Positions 1 to 11,208 of a DNA stretch of 64,000 bases are shown here, piece by piece. The position numbers and the translations under genes are program-made. The first letter of the stretch is position 1, and each line of letters begins with the position of its first letter. The stretch covers positions 1 through 64,000 of the forward strand of contig ADNK01000506.1 in NCBI GenBank assembly GCA_000320545.1, in the 5' to 3' direction. Source of the DNA: Bigelowiella natans CCMP2755. Its lineage: Eukaryota; Protista; Cercozoa. The notes below the pieces were generated by a model. That model was not told the origin of the DNA. It made no database searches and worked only from the letters and a program-made list of their open reading frames with translations.

Positions 1-22
1 GTCTACCTACCTAGCTACCTAG

Positions 23-679
23 TGAATTTTTGTCACATTGGTCCTCGTTTCGATTTTCGTTTCAATCCTGGCCCATCAGAGAACCCACACTTGGCAAAAA
101 ACCATGACTTTTGCCCTGTTTCCCAGCCCACATCGAAAACCCTTGTGATTTCATGTGACAGTTGTGCTTGTTTTGTTTTCAAAACTTTGTCGATCACAGC
201 CAAAAGTTTTTTTGCTTTGACCTTCGTTTCGACCCTGGTCCAGAACAGAAGCTCAATTGACCAGCAAAACGGTTCATTCATTGGTCGGCGTGCAGCAAGT
301 TTCTTGTGCATGCTGCATTTTTTCATCATGGCATGGAAAGAAGTGGGTGCATGACTGTCGTCTTTTCTGAAATCAATGAAAATCTCATTTTTGCTTGAAT
401 CTTCCACAATGACACTGTTGATCGAGTTCGCTGGCGCACAATGTTTGAGGCTTTGATGGATTGTGAGACCGCATTGCATGCTGGCTGAGTTGCAAACCTT
501 TTTCATTGATCACCTTGATCACGAACCTTTCACGTGACGTGCATCAAAAAATTCACATGCACGCTGGTGATGCCTGCTAGACCAAACGTCTGCATGTGCA
601 GATTGCAAAGCTGTGGTCATCTGTCACATCTGCGCAGGAATTGGCTTTTTGGATTCACGTTTCAACAACTCTGTGTTCA
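23..679. other. TpA-depleted, CTAG-sparing intergenic block 1
   Basis: Manual scan found one TA in 657 bp, and it lies in CTAG (577-580). Confidence 0.95.
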
Positions 680-721
680 TAGATTGCCATTTTAAAATCC
701 AAACGATCGAGAATGAATTTT

Positions 722-1206
722 TCAATACAAAAACTTAGGCGTTCTGAGAGGAATTGAGACCATCGCAGCGTCAAATCCAGCTTGGTCGGAACGTCCATTT
801 TGCGATTTTTCATCATATGGCACGAAATGGAAATCACCACCGAAAATTTCCCGCTGCACAAGACCAATGAGTAGGCACGATATCAGACACAGTAAGTTCT
901 CATATAACTCACTTATCTTTTCTCTGTTTCACATTCCTCTTTGTTCTAGCACAAAATAGATGAGGTATGACAATGATGACAATCAACCTCTTGATGGCCC
1001 AGTCCTTGACTGGTATATGAATTCCTCCTCTTTTCTTGTCTCTTCTAGCCGTTTTTCCTCTGCATCTGTTAAATGTGTTGGCAAAATTCGTGTCTCAGTC
1101 AGTCATTGACGGATGATGATGATAACATTTTTATTTTGTACATAGTTTGGCATCGTTTGTGCGCTAGAAGAGTGTAACACCCACCCACCCCCACACACAC
1201 ACACAC

Positions 1207-1241
<35 letters not shown>

Positions 1242-2035
1242 TTTTGTCACAAAGTTCCACTTGTGATTTAGTACAGGAATCAAGGTTTTATAGTAACCTA
1301 GGAATACATATCTGCTTCTTGTGTACTGGTGATGCGGATCAGATCTGGAGTTTAGAATCCATCCTCCTTCACATAAGATGGGGTAGAAACCTAACAGCGA
1401 TGTTATTATTGTGATGTTGTTCTGGATCAGTGGTAGATTGTGTATTTGTCTATATCTCCATGGATTGACCATTATTTATTACGTGCATCATCTATCTCAT
1501 CGATAACAATGTAATAGTGATGAGGAAAAAAAAAGTGGCAGTGGTAGGGTATTATTTAGTCGTGAAAGATCACCCAACATCTAAAGAGAGAGAAAGAATT
1601 AATAGACCAGAAGAAATAGTAGTAATGGTAGTGGAAAGAAAATGTCTACATGAATGATTTATGAATTTATGTTAATGTGAAAAATGTAAGAAGTTATCAT
1701 ATAATTTAAATAGCACTTCTAAAAGACTTCTTCTCCCAAGAAAAAGAAGTTGATCATCACCATACAAAGATAATTTCACTACAAATACAAAACAATTTTG
1801 AGGAGTATATATAATAATGTAAACAGTGCGTTTTAATAACAAAAAATAGATACAAACAGCACTGCATAACGATCAATTTTGATACCGATTACTGCCTCTC
1901 CTCGCACATGTTGATCCCCGATTATCTGAGTAATTATATAAATATAAGGATGTTAGCATTCAAAGTAAACATCGTAGTATTTATTTATCGTTTTGTGGGT
2001 AGTACCCATACATATACCAATAACACTTGTTGTTG

Positions 2036-2068
<33 letters not shown>

Positions 2069-3342
2069 ACAAGATGTCTGGACGTCAGAATGCAGTTCTT
2101 AAATCCCCGTTTTTCTTCAGTCTCGTAGCCCTGTGATGTGTGATATATTAGTGATAGTTCTGGAGGAGGAGGAGGAGGAGGAAGAAGACTAAAGTGTACT
2201 ACAATAATTTGTGATTAATACGTATGCCGTAGTAGTGCCCCCATTCTTCACTAATATATTAGCCTGTGTGTTTTGGTATCTGAATCATTGGCTTTAGCCA
2301 GTTTCAATACATCATCATCATCATCATCATCATGATCATGATCATCATCATCAGAGAGTAGTAACAGTACACGAATAAAGAGAAACCTCCTCATCTGATC
2401 TGAGCTGCCGCATTCGAATAGAGTATGCCCAAGACCCCATTTCAACCATATAAACCTATTATTATTATTATTATTATAATAGGTTATTTTAGTATGATGA
2501 TGATGATGATGATGATAACGATGATGCTGTGCTGCTGTAGAGTTATGCTGCATATGTACATTATGGTGTATGTGTGTAGTGTATTGTTATTTCTTCTTGT
2601 TTCTCACCAAAGAGCTCGAGATACTGACGTTCTTTGTAACCTTGTTTGCAAACTGTTTTGTGCAGATTTATCATTCGGATTTAACAATACTACTTGATTT
2701 TGATACGTTTTGATGGCTACAAGAAGTGCTACTTCTGCTAATAATTTATTTAATCGGTATTGATGATCTCCCTGATCACGTGCATTATCATCATCATCAT
2801 CATCTTATTGTCGTTGTTGCTATTGTTCTTCTCGATCATCTTCGTAGTCATCTTCTCGGTCTTCTCATTACTACCAGATCTCCTCTTATAGGAAATAGAT
2901 TCACACCCAAGGAGGATTGGCCTTATTATTGATCAACGATGATAATAGCTTGTTTGTGATCATATATGGCTTTTATATATATGTGGTGCAACGATGTCAT
3001 TCAAAACAATCAGTTTCATTTGTGTACTACTTCATCATTGACGGAGAGTGGATCGAAAGGGGGGGTGTCAAGGTAGTAGAGGATTGAAGGAGGGAAAGAG
3101 TATTTGTTAATACCCATTTCAGGAACTAACATCGACGCAGTGCATTCTCCATCCTATTCAATAAATCGCATTATTACTAATAAGTAGTAGCAGTGGTAGG
3201 TGGTATCGGTGTCTAATCACAACTCCTTTCTCACACACTGCTGATGATGATGATGATGATGCACACATCGGTGTTACCAGCAACTTTCTGGTATGCTCTC
3301 GCATCCATATGAGAAGAGAATCTTCTGTCACCTAGAGAGACA

Positions 3343-3412
<70 letters not shown>

Positions 3413-4927
3413 CATTGGTGATTCATCACTACTACTACTACTACTATTGACAACTACTAGCATTTACTTCTACTGCAACTACCACAGCTGCTACCGGAAA
3501 GACTGCTTTACTCACACTATTTCACTACCAACCTGCTACCTGAATAAAGGCTTGTACTTGTTACTTCCTAAACAAATCTACCACCACCACTACTACTACT
3601 GCTCCTACTGCTGCTTGCGCTTTTCCTATCCCAAATGATTCTGCCGTTAGTGTGTCTTTCATCGTCAACTAACTATAACTTACTTTTGGAGTTGCAGATT
3701 TAAGTCCACCTTCCGCTAAAGTTAAGAGACCACCAGTCTGATGAGTGATAAGAAGAAGGACAAGAGCACACACAGTGAGTGAATGAATCAACGAATCAAC
3801 GAATGATGTAGCAATCATTAGCACGGTGGTGACACTCATGCTGAAGTTGGCTGTTAAGGACGGCTGATGAGTAGTTGAATGTAGATGAAGAGATATAGTC
3901 GTAGCAACCCATCAACTTACTACAACAACAACTACTACTACTACTACCACTGCGTCTAATCTAATTCAATCATTGGACGAAAGACAGACATGCAAACAGA
4001 CAGATACTGCTGCTGCTACTGCTACTACTGCCGCTGTCTGTCGCCTTGAGGGGGGTGAGGAGGTGTATTTCTTACTGTGGTGTCAAGGAAGAAGAATTTG
4101 CCTCTTGGAGTATATCTCATGAGTTGGCGGAGCGTGCACGATCCAAATATCTCACAAACAAACAACCCACACATTGGCATTATTATTTGTTACTCTAAAA
4201 TCAATCGATCACTTATCACACAAACGACAATGCTAAAAGGCATGTCATTAATTCTTCTACTATGATATCCCTCACTCAAATGAAATTAATACCTCACATT
4301 ATTATTATTATTATTATCACCATTATTGTTATGTGCTGTTGTTTAATTATTGTTTGAAGTCATGACTGAGAATAAATGAAATGGTAGCACCGGGAGAATA
4401 TTTGTCGGTAACCTCATCCTACGTGCTGCCTGGGCCTGAACATCACAACAGCGGATCAACTCTTCACGTCCCCTTCCTCCTCCCCCTCTCTCACACGCAC
4501 AGTCTTCTATTTAATGCATATACATGTTAGACAGGTATGGTATTGGTCTAAGGTTGATTGATCCATGTTGCTCTGTTTATGTATAAAGTAGTAAGTAGAT
4601 ACTACCGCCAACTTGAGAGGATACATACGAATGGTGATACGATGATCGTACACGCCATAACCCCTGAGGAGGAAGGAGTAGGGATTGAAGATAGGGAAGA
4701 TTGTTAGTAATGGTGGTGATCAATAGTAAGGAGAGATGATGGTAGATGATGATAATGATGATGAGGGTTATGGGTTATGATTAAAAATTTTCTCAAATAT
4801 GAGATCTTTGTATGACAGCTAAACTTGATGATGATGATGGTAATGATTAAAAATATTCTCAAATATGAGATGTTCGTATGACAGCCAAACTTCACAAGCA
4901 CAATCACTATCATTGTTGTCGTTGTCG

Positions 4928-4958
<31 letters not shown>

Positions 4959-5912
4959 TATCATCATGACCAACCCCATCATTCCTTGGAACCTCTCTCT
5001 GTTAATTGCACTGCGACCCTGATGAGAGATTGGATGATCTAGTCAGAAGAACAAGAAGAAGAGGAAGAAATGAAAGAGATAATTCACCAAATTGTGGACT
5101 GCCACGATAGTGATGTTTCAATGCTTTGTTGTATTGCTATCGCCAAAAGTAACAACGATATGATCGATCAACTATATCATTCATCTAGCACTACTACCGT
5201 GCCCGAAGTGTCATCACCATAATAAAACTCCTGCAAAAATATTATGCATGAACTTTGGAGGTAGGTACGTTATTCCACAAATGCGACGCTGATAATAAGG
5301 GATAATGATGATATCGATAATTCGGTAAAGAGTACAAGGAAAAACCTGCCCCCGGAATACTTGATAGATCTCCTTCACCTGTAGTGAAATAGGGAAGGTG
5401 ATAGAATAATGTGAATATTTACCACTATTAACATTTTTTTTGAGGGAGAAACAAGCAATCATAAGAGGAGGAACGTTTCAACAATGATTGGATAACAAAC
5501 AATCATAAGAGGAGGAACGTTTCAACAATGATTGGATGATCTATCACCATCATGACCACCATCAGATTAACAGAAAACTACCAATGTTGGCAGCGGCCCT
5601 GTTACTGACTCAACTTCCAATATCTGAAATTGACGACGACGACGACGACAACAGCAGTAGCAGTTATGGAAGAAAGAATAACTCTTTGTTGTTATTTCAA
5701 AGAACAAAAAACATTAAAATTTAGTAGAGCTCACTTCAGCTTCTTGAGCTGGATTTTTGAGTGTTGCTGCAATATCCGGAACATTTTCTTTTAACCATCC
5801 TTTCAGAAGGGCCCAGGTCGAAGCTACTTTCCTTGAAATGCGTGGTGCTTTCTCCCAAGGAGCAGCACCTTTAACCGGATCAAGGTCTATACTCCTATTT
5901 ATGGGGGACAGG

Positions 5913-5960
<48 letters not shown>

Positions 5961-6479
5961 AAAAGAAAAAGAAAGGAAAAAGTGATACTGCTAACCTGAA
6001 GAGAGCATATCTACCAGTTGTTGTTGTTGCAGTAGGTTGTTTTTAGTTAATGACGTTAATGTTATCCTCAGGTCTTACCGATATAACTTGTACCATGCGC
6101 ACCAGGCTTCGAGAAACCTCCCTCCACCAGTATTGTTCTCAACGACTACTTTTTCATCAGAAGCATCAGGAGCAACCTCCCCCCCCCCTACTGTATCTTT
6201 TTCTTCCATGAGGCTATCATTGTCGTCACCATCGACGATTGAGTTCGGAGGCAGCGGGGGATGGGTGATCTTAGCGTTTAAAGAGAACACTGAGGAGCAA
6301 AAGCGAGACCAGAGAGCATCACTGCAGGTAAGTGCTTTCCATCTCTGATAATCAACGAACGATGTAGAGTATCATTATCAATTATCACTGAAAGAAATTG
6401 CCTCATATTACATATTAATGACATGAAACCACATGAAACCTTCCATCCCACCAAATGATTTTTCTTAAACCATTTAGTA

Positions 6480-6527
<48 letters not shown>

Positions 6528-6948
6528 TGAGAGATGGAGGCTGAACAGCGGTCGTTTTTCTACTACATACTCTTATTAATTAATTGAGTTGGTTCACATA
6601 ATTATGTGCTTAAAAACGATTGATTTATAACGTTGATGTTGTACCTTGGACACGCGCATGCAATTCACGAGAACTTCACACGGGTGGACAAAACTGAAAA
6701 GAATTCCAGCCACATCTTCCTGTAGCAAGTACTATCATTCTACAGCAAGCGGACGATCAACAGAAAGGGAAGTAGATTGCTCCTCCTTCACCTCCTCCTC
6801 CCCCCTCCTCCCAGTCAATCAATCCCAAAATTCGGAGTAATTATAACAATGGAGAGAATAAAGCTCTTACTTGGAATAGCTCGAAGGATGCCGATGAACT
6901 ACAAGTTGCTAGCTTGACACGTTTTGGACTCTTATTGAGCGCCATCAT
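722..6948 (-). CDS. F-box / SMI1-KNR4-like / ApaG domain protein (SKIP16/FBXO3 family), multi-exon
   Basis: Manual splicing across GT-AG introns gives MMALNKSPKR..FELFQ|EDVAGILFSFVHPCEVLVNCMRVSK|RWKALTCSDALW (F-box). It continues with WALLKGWLKENVPDIAATLKNPA, LPTL|VKEIYQVFRGQ, GYGVYDHRITIRMYPL and LLIWMREH. ApaG motifs follow (WAYSIRM, CILTSRH, HVRGEAVIGFYPIL, FIYQSRT), ending FGGDFHFVP..IPLRTPKFLY* (TGA 722-724). Coordinates span the whole gene; some internal exons are uncertain. Confidence 0.85.
4777..4892. repeat. Intronic ~50-bp imperfect direct repeat
   Basis: ATGATTAAAAAT(T/A)TTCTCAAATATGAGAT..TATGACAGC(T/C)AAACTT at 4777-4826 and 4843-4892. Confidence 0.85.
5456..5537. repeat. Intronic 38-bp direct repeat (period 44)
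   Basis: CAATCATAAGAGGAGGAACGTTTCAACAATGATTGGAT at 5456-5493 and 5500-5537. Confidence 0.9.
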
Positions 6949-7424
6949 CGTCGGTGTTGGTCGATGCACGTGTATGTATATTGTGTGTTCAAAATGTCGG
7001 ATCGGAGTAGAGTCAGAAAAGATACGATCGGATCTATTTTTAGGACTTTTTAACTTGATGAAATCAATGTAATATACATACGATTCGCATTGAGCGACAT
7101 CAAGCAATTATTATCACAGGAAACAAAGGGAACAAATGACCGCATTAGCGGAAAACATGTCTCCAAAATCTGAGCACAAGAAAAAGATTGTATGGGGTTT
7201 CGGTCGTAAATGCGATGATTCCGTACTTTTTGGACCAAAATGGCCTTGTAAATAATGTCTTATTTTTTGCTGCTGCGATAGTGCGAGAACCGTTTCATCC
7301 CCTATCGAAATTCACATTCCATCTAGATCGATCTAGATCTACAGGGGACCTCAGATTGTATAATGGGAAGCGGATTCGGATGCGAAGCTAAACTGCAGCA
7401 AAGGGCGCCAATACTAAGGATGAT

Positions 7425-9608
7425 GTGAAAGATAATGTTGAAGAGGTGGACATGGGTGCTTATGGACCCCATGTTGATGCAGAGGATTCAGATATTGATG
7501 ACTTTGAAAATATAGAGAAAGCAGAAAGTTTCATGGACCAGCAGGGAAGGCAAGCGCCGGATGAATTTGAAGATGATGAATTTGATGACGAGGATGGAGG
7601 TGGAGAAAACTATGAAGAGAAAGCACCGGTAGACGAAGAAGAAAAAGGCTGGATGGCAGTGAAACCATTTATCGGTGCCTTAGTAGCCCCATCGGATGCA
7701 CCTGCAAACAATGCAGAGCTTCCTGAAGAGGATCTTAAGGTGGATTGGGTGTATGGATATCGTGGACACGACTGTTACAACAACTTGGTCTATGATTCGA
7801 AAGGCCGTGCCGTCTATCCGATGGCAAATTTTGTCATTGCATATGATGTGAAAGCTCACTCACAGCAACAGTTCCAAGGTCACAATGACGACGTCGTATG
7901 TCTCGCTCAACATCCAAACAATAAGGATTTGATTGCCAGTGGACAAGTTGCAACCATTACTTTGAGTGGGCGTTCCAAGAATCCTTACATTTGCGTAACG
8001 GATGTCGGTTCAGGAAGCATTATTAAACTTCCAGCATGCCACAAACGCGCGGTTCGTTGTTTGGCATTTAGTCCTGATGGGAAGTATCTTGCTTCTGTTG
8101 GGGCAGACAACAACAACAGTATCATCATTTGGGACTGGGAAAATAAAAAGCAAATGGCCGAGGTTAAAGGGGATGTAAATAAAATCATCTGTATTGCATG
8201 GAGCCCGAAAGAAAAGAACATGCTAGTTACCACCGGGGTCAAACATGTCTTCTTCTGGTATTGGAATGGCAGCAAAGTTATTAATCGAAAGAGAGGTCTC
8301 TCTAGTTCTGTCGGTATCGTAACTTATTTCGGCCATAAATTTGACTCAAATGGCGATGTACTCTGTGCTTGCAAGAATGGCGCCCTCATCAAGTACAGTT
8401 CTTCGAGCCGTAAACCTAAGAAACTGGCAGATAATCACAATGGAGCAATGTTTGCTCTTGAGGTGCTTGATGATGGTGGAGTGGTAACTGGGGGAAAAGA
8501 TGGATATGTACATGTTCTGGACTCAAACCTGAAGAAAAAATGGTCTATCAGATTGCCCACATACATCCGTAGCTTGCATACGAATGGAACAAATTTGCTC
8601 GTAGGGAATAAAAAAGGTGAGGTCTATGTCCTTCCCCTCTCTGGCGTAGAATCACCTCCTGAGCCTATTATTCGTGGACACTATGAGGGCGAGGTGTGGG
8701 CTCTCCATATTCTCCAAGATGACAGTTTTCTCTCTGCTGGAGAAGATAATCTTGTCTTCGAATGGGATATTAAGTCTCATAAACCTACGAAAATGGGGAA
8801 GGTAAGCTACGCAAAGAAAGTCCCTAAAAGGAGACGGAGGTATGGTGTTTCAACGACGTCCAAATTCCATCCAATTAAATGCGCACGTGCGGTGGCAGCT
8901 TCTCCCGATAAGAAACATATTGCTCTTGGACGAAATGACGGCAAAATTGCCATTTTGGATGCAAAGACCATGAAACCAGTGACAACTGTGAATCTCAACT
9001 CTAAAAGTAAGCGAAAGGTGCGAAATCAGTTAGGGAATTGGATTGAAGCTATGGATTATAGTCCATGTGGTAAGTTCTTAGCTGTCGGCACTCATGGAAT
9101 GACTGTATGTATCTGTGAAGTCGAAAAAGAGTACAAATGCGCCAAAGCACTCAAGTCACACAACTCAGTAATTACTCATCTTGATTGGTCTGCTGACTCT
9201 AAACATATCCGCTCAACTGACAAAGGATATGAGCTTCTCTTCTTTGACATAGATCATGGAGATTTAACAAAATCGAAACAGAATCCCCATGCTACTGCGC
9301 TGAAAGATCTTGAATGGGCAACAAATCATTGTGTGCTATCTTGGCCAACGCAATGCGTATGGGACACTGACATGGATGGATCCGATGTAAATGCTGTAGA
9401 TATACTTAATAAGAAGTTGGTAGCCACTGGTGATGATCATGGGAACGTCAATCTTTTCCGTTACCCGGTGCTCGAAGAAACAAACAAACAACGGCGTGTG
9501 ACGGGCCACAGTGCGCATGTGACCAGTGTGCGATTCACAAAAGACGGAAAATATTTGATCAGTACGGGTGGTGGGGACAAGTCTATCATTCAGTGGCGGC
9601 TTGTTTAA
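7425..9608 (+). CDS. Echinoderm microtubule-associated protein-like (EML/EMAP) HELP + WD40 protein, intronless
   Basis: 727-aa ORF with HELP motif (LKVDWVYGYRGHDCYNNL), WD40 repeats and an EML-type C-terminus (ATGDDHGNVNLFRYP..GHSAHVTSVRF..STGGGDKSIIQW). True start uncertain; see the 7363 finding. Confidence 0.92.
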   Translation: MKDNVEEVDMGAYGPHVDAEDSDIDDFENIEKAESFMDQQGRQAPDEFEDDEFDDEDGGGENYEEKAPVDEEEKGWMAVKPFIGALVAPSDAPANNAELPEEDLKVDWVYGYRGHDCYNNLVYDSKGRAVYPMANFVIAYDVKAHSQQQFQGHNDDVVCLAQHPNNKDLIASGQVATITLSGRSKNPYICVTDVGSGSIIKLPACHKRAVRCLAFSPDGKYLASVGADNNNSIIIWDWENKKQMAEVKGDVNKIICIAWSPKEKNMLVTTGVKHVFFWYWNGSKVINRKRGLSSSVGIVTYFGHKFDSNGDVLCACKNGALIKYSSSSRKPKKLADNHNGAMFALEVLDDGGVVTGGKDGYVHVLDSNLKKKWSIRLPTYIRSLHTNGTNLLVGNKKGEVYVLPLSGVESPPEPIIRGHYEGEVWALHILQDDSFLSAGEDNLVFEWDIKSHKPTKMGKVSYAKKVPKRRRRYGVSTTSKFHPIKCARAVAASPDKKHIALGRNDGKIAILDAKTMKPVTTVNLNSKSKRKVRNQLGNWIEAMDYSPCGKFLAVGTHGMTVCICEVEKEYKCAKALKSHNSVITHLDWSADSKHIRSTDKGYELLFFDIDHGDLTKSKQNPHATALKDLEWATNHCVLSWPTQCVWDTDMDGSDVNAVDILNKKLVATGDDHGNVNLFRYPVLEETNKQRRVTGHSAHVTSVRFTKDGKYLISTGGGDKSIIQWRLV

Positions 9609-9675
9609 AAATTCGTGCTCGGAGTTTTTGTGTTTATCATGCATTTTTGATGTCGCCTCTTTTGCTGCACGAGTG

Positions 9676-9702
9676 AGGGTTAGGGTTAGGGTTAGGGTTA
9701 GG
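9676..9702 (+). repeat. Interstitial telomere-like (TTAGGG)n tract, about 4.5 units
   Basis: AGGGTTAGGGTTAGGGTTAGGGTTAGG read directly. Confidence 0.85.
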
Positions 9703-10185
9703 TGTCCAAAATGCCGACACAACTTGTGCGTGGCAACAGCTACGTCATGTTTCAGATTTTTCATCACGGATTTCACACATCATTGCAGTTCTGCTTTTGC
9801 ATGGGGGGATGACCAACGTTTTGTGTGTTTCATGAGCCAAGCATCTCACACCTTGCTAGCTAGCTAGCTAGCTTGGTCACAGTCACAGTGCATTGTGCCA
9901 GCGTGTGAGTGGTAGCAGTTGATGTGCCCACATCTCTAGATCTGATCGCGATCCTAGCCTGCTAAGTGCACATGACATGACGTGCAGAAAATAAAGCGTA
10001 CGTGCGCGCATCAAATTGCACGTGGCCAAAGATGACAGCCATGCAGTGTGATGCAGCACCTGCTGCACGCACCGCTAGCTAGCTAGACCGCCGCCACGTA
10101 CGTGCGTGCGCGCGCATGTGTGTGTGCAAGACGGAGCGAGCTGCGCAGATCTAGATGTAGCTGTGCGTGACAAATCAAATCAATG

Positions 10186-10461
10186 TATAGGGACATATAA
10201 TGTCCCTATACGTGTATTCCGTTTACTGCATGTGTACATCACATACTTCACATGTACCTATAGCTACACGTGTGCCAAACAACAGTGCTCACATGTACTT
10301 ACATGCATTCATGTGTGCCATATATTTGGTACATGTGCATGTCTTTTTTGGTGCACGTGTAGACGTGAACATGGCACATGTGCTCTTTTTAGTACACGTG
10401 GTGTGCCTGGGTACATGTGTTCCTTGCGCGTACACGTATAGGGACATATAATGTCCCTATA
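10186..10461. mobile_element. Putative non-autonomous (MITE-like) element with identical 25-bp palindromic termini and 4-bp TSD
   Basis: TATAGGGACATATAATGTCCCTATA at 10186-10210 and 10437-10461. Inverted complementarity extends inward (CGTGTA / TACACG). AATG flanks both sides (10182-10185, 10462-10465). Confidence 0.65.
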
Positions 10462-11208
10462 AATGCAAGTGCAATTTTTCAATGGCGGTCATCCTCATAG
10501 ACATGCGCGCAGCTATACAGCTCGATCTAGAGCTGTGCAAAGCAGTGCATAGCAGCGGCCACGATCATTGTGCAATTGCCACGATGCAGCAGCGCTAACA
10601 ATGCTGAATCGCTTATAGTTGCAACATTGCTAGATTGCTAGATTGGTCTCCGCTGCAGCTGTGATGATCCGTCTCAATGCTGCTAGACTGGCTAGCTGGC
10701 TGGTGCGTGAAGTTGAAGCAAGCTCACGCACACATGCTAGCATGTAACATGTAATGTCGCGTAGTGTGACAGCACAACGCATTTCATCACACATGCTAGC
10801 ATGCACTAGTGCATGCCGATAACGCTCTAGCGTCAGTACGTCAGTACGCATCGATCTCCTGTGTGATTTGTCGAGATCGATGCATGTGGGCGGTCCGTCT
10901 AGCCGTTCTAATCGATCGTGAAGAAATGCTGCTATGTTCTTGCATGCTGCATGCACAAATGGCAACGCGCGTGCACATTTTGTTCACGTTGCAGCAATCA
11001 CAATGTCACAACAGTATAATTATTTGTGACAACATGACAGATGGTTTCATGGAATTAAAGCATAGATACAGTGCATCGGTAGCATCTGTGTACTTTTTTG
11101 CAATCTAACGGGCCGAAAAAATCCAGTCAGATTTTCCAGATTCTTTGTTGTCTGATCTAGTGATACAGAGACGCCCCAGTTCATATCACGTGAGATTCCA
11201 CATGTTCT

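Larger units (their letters stand above)
9620..11050. other. TpA-depleted, CTAG-rich intergenic block 2 (partial; interrupted by the 10186-10461 element)
   Basis: TG/CA-rich with many CTAG and (GCTA)n; TA is reduced but not absent. Borders approximate. Confidence 0.75.

Noticed and set aside
23-679. CpG methylation decay or fungal RIP as the cause of the TG/CA excess
   Set aside because: CpG stays frequent in the blocks, and RIP would raise TpA rather than remove it.
10186-10461. CRISPR-like repeat-spacer interpretation of the 25-bp palindromes
   Set aside because: Only two copies, 226 bp apart, in a eukaryotic context with no cas genes.
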